Part shown: piece by piece, positions 57,090 through 64,000 of the stretch
Layout: every line of letters begins with the position of its first letter
Numbering within the stretch: the first letter of the stretch is position 1
Assembly (NCBI GenBank): GCA_000165425.1
Contig: CT868574.1
Coordinates: forward strand, 124,001-188,000
DNA length: 64,000 nucleotides
Reading direction: 5' to 3'
DNA from: Paramecium tetraurelia
Lineage: Eukaryota
Translations under genes and position numbers: made by a program
The notes under the pieces: generated by a model
What the model was told of the DNA's origin: nothing
What the model saw: only the letters and a program-made list of their open reading frames with translations
Databases searched by the model: none

Positions 57090-60000
57090 ATGGATGCCCT
57101 AGCAAAAATAGCAGCAACAGGAGAGAGAGCCATTTCTGAACTTAATAAACATACATTAACACAATGGAATGGGACTACAACTACAACAATGAAATATGTA
57201 TGGGATTGAATATTTAGAAAAGATAATAGAACGGTTGAATCTGTGCTTTGATGAGATAAATTTCCATTTATAAACGAAAGGGTTGAATGATGAATCCAAT
57301 GTAATCTCAAAGTTATGCAATCATTACAATCTGATATTCCAAAAGGTGGAAGAGATTAATCAACGAAAACATTAGAACCCCCCAGAACTCCCCTTAGAGT
57401 ATTGTCAAAGATCATTCTCGACTAATGCAACTTCAAAAACCATCTTTGGGGGAGCAGAAATCCAAAGTTTCAGTATACTTTCCTCTCAGAAGTCTAAATT
57501 CATATCTGCAGAATAAGAATTCAGAAGTAACAAGCCCAAGTTTAAGAAGAATGTTTAATCAAAGGGAACAGATACTGGTGAAGATGCCATGCGATATTTA
57601 AATGTGGAATATTTAGGTGAAAAAGAGAGGGAATTATAAAGAGTGAAAGAGGAGAATGAGATGAATCTTAGAGAAATAGAGAAGTTTCTTAAGTTTAAAG
57701 GGTTGTGGAGTGAAATACATGCTAGCAATGCTCCGTTTAAATTATAAGATCTTGGTAAGACTTTGGAAAGAGAACTCTAGCGAAATGAAATATATATTAA
57801 TGAGCAAATTCGAATTGCTAATTAGGAGCCAGAATTCCCACCCAGAGATATGAAATAGGAAATAAAGGATAGGGTTGTTGTTGGGGTTCAAAAATCAACT
57901 GCAGATAGGATATTAAAATATGCTGAGAGAAAAATGAAGGAAGAATTGGAGAAATTTTAATTGAAGAAGAATTCTGGATTGTAGATGCACAAGAGGAAAT
58001 CACAGAACATGTAAAGAATAGATGAATTGGAACATCTAATTAATACTAAGAACGAAGAAATCTTGGAAAAAGAATCAAAGATGTCAGCTCTGTTTTCTAA
58101 ATTCGAAGATCAAGAGAAGAAATTAGTAAATTTAATGATTTAGATGGAATAAATAAAAGCTAATGAAAAACACAATAATACTTTTACTAGTAGTAAAGTA
58201 AATGACAAATAGAGTCATGTTGAAATCTAAGTAAGTATGAGTGATCCTAAGATCTTTAAATTGGAATTGCAATTAAAAGAGATTGTTGAAGAGAATTAGA
58301 ATATGAAAGGAGAACTATAGACTATTTATGAATAGGCAAAAAATGATAAATAAAAGGTTCTGTTACAACCTTAATTAATTGAAGAAGTTCTGATGATGAT
58401 CATTTAGAGTGAGTTGTAGGCTGAAGGCAAAATAGAGTTATTACAAACATTTTTATAGTATCTGATAGAGAATTCAGAGAATGACATTGCACGAATGCCA
58501 CCAAATGAGTTATATAGAACGGTGAGACAAAAATTGCAAAATAATAATAATTCAAATAGAAATTTGGAAGAAGTCTTAGAGAAGTTTGAAGAGATGTAAA
58601 GTGATGATGAAGATTATTCACCCAGTTCTATTAAGAAAACTAAAAAAGTTAAAAATAAGTAATAGAAATCCAAAAAAATAATATTAGAAAGAGCTGATTC
58701 TTAATTTGAATAATCAATATCCCCAGAAAAATCAGAGAAAGTTATAGGAATTAGGAAAACAAAAAATAAATTTGAAGATTAATCAAATGAAAATTCAGAA
58801 TCTTAAATTGTAATAAATAATAATACTATTAATGATAATAACAATTCTATTAGTGCATTCAAGAAAAAGACTCTAAATAAAATTAATGAAGAAAATAGCA
58901 TTATATAAAAAAACTCACCAAGAAAATAAGAGATCATTAGTCCGCCTTCAGGTAATAGAAATACTACAAATAACACATCTTCTGTTAAACAAAACTAATC
59001 TGATACCAAGATTAATAAAATCATTACTAATTAAACTTCTACTCAAAATTAAACCTAATAATAGTAATAGTAAACAATTCAATAATAACCATAAAATCCC
59101 TAATAATAGCCTAAAGAATCAAGTAGATTTAAAACAGAACAACAAAAATAATTATCATCCAGTAGACAATAAGCAAATAAAAGCAGAGGATAAATAGAGT
59201 AAAGTAATCAAAAACCTGTAATTTAATCTCATTCAACAACTTAATTTACAAATAAATAAGTAAGACAAATTAAGTAGAGACATTCAATCAAAGTAGAATA
59301 TGGAGAAGTTGATTATGATGAAATTGATGAGGATGTAGCAAATAGGGGAGTCCAAGTCAATTTTGGTAATCTATACATTAAGGCTTCGATGATAAACTAA
59401 TCAGAAGATAACACTAATATGATGGGTTCTTAGATAGGATTCCAAACTCCTTTGATGCGATAAAGTTATCGATCACAGGAAGAAAAAGTCACTGCAAAAT
59501 TTACTCAGACTGATGACTTTTTTATGTGGAATTTATTCTAAAAAATGTAAGTTGATCTTGGATTAACAGAGGATTAAATAAAAAAGTTGGAATAAATATT
59601 TTTGAATGAATAATAATTTATACACTATTATGAAAAGACTCCCTCTTAAAGGTAAAAGTCAAGGGCATCTACTATTATAGCTGATTAAACAACCAAGGCC
59701 AAATAAGATAAATTTATTGATAATACAATTAATGATAGCAAGATGACCACCATGATATAATAGAAAAATGAAACAACAGATTCAGAATAATAAAATAGAA
59801 GACCAACAATATCTATAATGAAAACCACTTAACCTCCAAAAGGATTGGAATCTCCCATGAATTTAGTTGGAAGATAAAAGAGTCAGGTACTACTCTCATA
59901 TACAAATGAAAGCAGTCTCATATAACCTAATTAAGGCAGAAGTATTAGTCAAACTTCAGATGTTCATATTGTGAATTATGGAAGTGTTAGTACAGATACA

Positions 60001-60552
60001 ATTGCTAAAAAATAGAAGTAAACAACAAGTCAAAAGATTTTGGAAGATATGTTAAAGAATAAGACTGGTCTGACAACTCAATTTGATGTTGAAACAAAAG
60101 AATAAAAAGAGCAAAAAATGTATTTCCATGTGTTTGGAGATGAAATGCAAACTGATGCTGATTTTGAGTTAGAAGCTGTAAGGGCCAATTTAGGAAAACC
60201 ATTAGAAGTGATACAAGATCATTTGAAGGAAGATGCAATGAAGAAAATATATCAGTAATTCGTAAATCGACCAAAGAATCCTTGGCAAGATTAACTCTAT
60301 ATGATAATTTCTCAATTTGCTAATAAATCTCCATAATCCATTACTTACATTGATTTCAAAAAGTATTATGAAAATTATATGAGGGTATATTTGTTTTCTT
60401 TTCTTTTTTAGGTACATAAGAGATGTGGAGATGGATGTATTCACATACAAAGATTTTTAGCCAGGATTGGATTTGGAATAAACTCAAAGAGAAAAGCATT
60501 GAATATGAGCAAATAAAGTGTTTCTCCATTTGAACTGCCAAAACTAAAATGA
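57090..60552 (+). CDS. Large coiled-coil / Q-rich hypothetical protein
   Basis: Open frame in the ciliate code with a few tiny introns. Q-rich middle and C-terminal HKRCGDGCIHIQRFL. Confidence 0.7.
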
Positions 60553-60598
60553 AAGTTTTGATATTAACTCGTTATTATATTAATTTAAATCTTAAGTA

Positions 60599-61081
60599 AT
60601 GTAACAATACACAAACACTTACGAGTCAGTAGTCAGAACTTAGGTAGTTAGTGGACAGGATCAAAAACCACTCAATTTGGGATTAACAGATGTCGAAGGA
60701 GCAAAGGTTGTATGATTTTTGAGACTAGGCTGTTGCTAGAAGACTCTTTGATACTTATGACAGAGACAGAAATGGATAGATTGATAATGTAGAAGTAGTA
60801 CCAATGATTGTTGACGTCTATAAGTCATTCAATAGAATCTTCTCTCCTGCCAGAGGAGACATTGATTCATTTTATAAGTTCAAAATTTATACATTATAAT
60901 TAGGGTTTTGGATAGAAATTCAGATGGTAAAATCACTTATCAAGACCTTGAGGATTTATGCATAAGATATTTGACTAATTAAACACCAACAAATTTGAGA
61001 GCTTCTGAAGCACCTCGTTAAAGTGGAATCCAATAACCATCATAAACAGTCACATCATCATATAGAAGAACTCAGTATTGA
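60599..61081 (+). CDS. TCBP25-like EF-hand calcium-binding protein (two EF-hands)
   Basis: VARRLFDTYDRDRNGQIDNVEVVPMIVDVYKSFN...VLDRNSDGKITYQDLEDLCIRYL resembles the N-half of ciliate TCBP-25. Introns of 22 and 26 nt; 144 aa. Confidence 0.85.
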
Positions 61082-61562
61082 TTGTGATTCATTATTAAGA
61101 TAAATTCAGATTATTCATAAATTACATAATCATTTTGCCCATTTTCAGATACCCATTCAATTATTTATTTATATCTTAAGGATAATAAATTGTATTTTCA
61201 TAGATTATACTGATTCTTAGGATTATATGTTGTGGTTTATATATTATAATAGAATAAATATCTAACACAGAGCTTTGAAATAACAAAATTCTCTAGTAGA
61301 AGGATATCTGAGATTTCAATTAATTAAAATTATTAAGATTATTAATTTAATATTCTAATACTAAATGATATGGCATTTTCCTAAAATAAATTGGAATATT
61401 ATAAAAAATAATCAAACTCATATTATTTTTTTGATTCTAGTAAAATAACTTGATGTTTTCTTTGAAGAATTAATATCTAGAAAATAAGGCCAAGCTAGAT
61501 GAGAACGTATTTTAAGGAATAAATTTTTATTTATTTGTGATACATTATTTTAATATTTAATT

Positions 61563-63546
61563 ATGAATTATTAATAAATAGAAGGCGCTCAAGAAATTGA
61601 GGAATTCAATTTTGTTTAAGCAAAGAAAAAAATAAAGAAGCCAAAAAAAGTAATAGCATAGCCTCAAAGTGACATAACCTTTACCTGTACAGTCTTCTGA
61701 CACTGTAGGTCCTGATGCTGCAAAACCATAATAAACACTATTGGATATTATTTTGGACAACTTGCCTTAGAGTGAGTTATATGAGCGATCATTAATGCAC
61801 AGAGAAAACATAAACATTGTATTATCTGCATTTAAGTCCCACATAATTATAACTGTGTCAACAGATGGACATATTAAGATGTGGAGAAAAGTGTTTAGAT
61901 TGGTTGAATTCATAAAGCATTTTAGAGCACACACAGGAATAGTCACTTGTGCAACGTTGTCTGATGGACATGACAAGATGGCAAGTGTGTCTCCTGCTGA
62001 TCGAACAATCAAGATTTTTGATATTTTGAATTAGGATTTATTGGATATGATTAAGCTTCCATTCCAACCATACGGGTGTGAGTTTGTGGATACAGCGGAT
62101 GTACAATAATAGTTATTATTAATCAGTGATGGTAATAGTGGAGATATTTATGTTACTGAAAGTGGTAAAATATTGAGAATGGTAAAAATACATAATCAAC
62201 CTGTTAAACAATTGAAGTATTTGTCTAATTTTCAATTCATGTTAACTATCGATACAACTGGTAGAATGGAAGTCTGGGATCCCATTACTTAGGACTTTCC
62301 AAAATAAGCATATGCAAAACCCCAATTCAAAATTACTTACTCAAGCAAAGTAGGCACTGATTTATACGAATTGATGTAGCATAAATTACAATGTTTTGGA
62401 TTGTGTGTGAGTAACAAGCAGAACCTTATTGTATTGTATGTTTCTGACAAGAAATTAAGAGTATTTAATATTTAAACGGGTAAGATAATTCTTGTAATGG
62501 ATGAATCAATCGAAGCTATTACAAGTAGATAAAACGACCAAGCAAATTATCCCATTTTACACATTGAATAATAAGATTTTGAAAGAAGACTATTAATTGA
62601 GAAAGACATAGATAAACAACCTGAGTAGTTAAAATAAATTACTATGTGCTTTGATGAAACTGATTCAATATTGATATATCCTACTTTTATTGGAATCAAG
62701 TTCATCCACATCAAGACAGGGGAACTTGTAAAGCTTTTAGGGAAGATGGAAAGTAGTTCAAGATTCATGAGAGTTGCATTGTATTAAGGACCTGCCATGA
62801 AGAATACTTAAAATGAATAGTCTCATAGTTCATTAAACAGAAAAGAAACTGATCCATCTTTGTATATTAGTGCTCATAAATCAAACAAATTTTATGTGTT
62901 CTCTCGTAGAATCCCTGAAGATCTGGCAGATAAACCATGGGCAGTAGCTAGAGATGTATTGAATGAACCTTTGAATATGATTCAGCAAAGCATTAGTGTG
63001 ATGTCTGACAATAAAAATAAAGTACATTTTAATTAAATTATTAGACTTTGTCTGGATGTTAAGCCATTATTCAAACAACATTTGGTGAAATCTACATCAA
63101 TCTATTTCCAAATGAAACACCTAAAACAGTTGAAAACTTTATTCAACACTCTAAAAATGGGTATTATGATGGCTTGATCTTCCATCGAGTTTAATAAGGG
63201 TTTATGATCCAAACTGGTTGTCCTAAGGGAAATGGAACAGGAGGAGAGTCCATTTGGGGAGGAGAATTCCAGGATGAATTCCATCCAGAATTAAGACATG
63301 ACAAACCATTCACAGTTAGTATGGCTAATGCAGGTCCAAATACTAATACAAGTTAATTTTTCATAACTGTTTGTCCTACTCCTTGGTTGGATGATAAAGT
63401 ATGAAATTATTTTAATGTCTTAGCATACAATTTTTGGCAGAGTGTATAAAGGAATGAATATTGTAGTTTAGATTAGTGAAGTGGAAACTGATGATTTCGA
63501 TAAACCTCTTAATGATATCAAAATTATAGCAATTAAGATTTTATGA
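61563..63546 (+). CDS. PPWD1: WD40-repeat cyclophilin
   Basis: [14 protein letters not shown]...[11 protein letters not shown]...[10 protein letters not shown] region. Cyclophilin [39 protein letters not shown]. 637 aa with three introns. Confidence 0.95.
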
Positions 63547-64000
63547 ATGTGATTTATTTACAATAATACAAAATAATAATTTATTTCAAAATTCATTAAA
63601 GAAAATTAAATTATATATTTTAGTTAATAAAAATTAATTATAATTATCAAAATGTTCAATACTATTGGTAAGCGTTGGTTGTATATTTGATATGATTTAG
63701 AAATAATCAGCAAATTCCCTCTCACACAATACTCAGAGACACAATTGAAGTAAGCAGTCTTAAGAGATAATTCTTGTTTCGTTTAGAACTTAGATCATTT
63801 TTTTGGGAGGAAAGAATCTTTTAAAGATTGTAAGATATGCAGTTTTATGCATATGATCAAGTCAATCATTAGATATAATTATAATATGAGAAGGATGACC
63901 TTCATATTTTGTTCATCTATGCAAATTAGTTCTGAGATAAAATTTTTTTTCTCTTTCTGATATCATATGTGATAAGGAGGATTAGGAAGAGGAAACGGAA

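Noticed and set aside
63652..64000. Possible gene start at the window end
   Set aside because: An ATG and an intron-like GTAAG..TAG are present, but I could not build a consistent frame to the window edge.

Overview
Very AT-rich, gene-dense eukaryotic DNA that reads as a ciliate macronuclear chromosome, most likely Paramecium (inferred). TAA/TAG encode Gln, TGA is the only stop, and genes are broken by tiny 20-33 nt GT..AG introns. The supplied standard-code ORF track therefore only catches fragments. Retranslating by hand gives about 40 protein-coding genes. These include two AGC kinases, an importin-7/8-like protein, a PTB-like RRM protein, calcyphosin, SRP19, NDUFS8, a large PAS-type membrane protein, a MYST acetyltransferase, MORN1, a Mei2-like RRM protein and CFAP45. 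Further along are an EamA transporter, a GH38 mannosidase, p24, SSNA1, a Sen54-like protein, a Rab, CK1, an Aurora-like kinase, a MIR protein, an LRR protein, Mam33, a Ulp1-family protease, a TCBP25-like EF-hand protein and PPWD1. I found no tRNA, rRNA, CRISPR array, transposon, convincing IES or telomeric repeat. No multi-gene novel system is evident. The best leads are: a UBL-ankyrin-PH-AGC kinase architecture; a Ulp1 protease whose catalytic domain is split by a ~150-aa insert; a hairpin-rich leader or upstream ORF overlapping (ATGA) the start of the PTB-like gene; a Rab with an AQND G4 motif; and extreme gene packing (0-, 17-, 24- and 36-bp spacers). Coordinates come from manual reading and intron placements are predictions.
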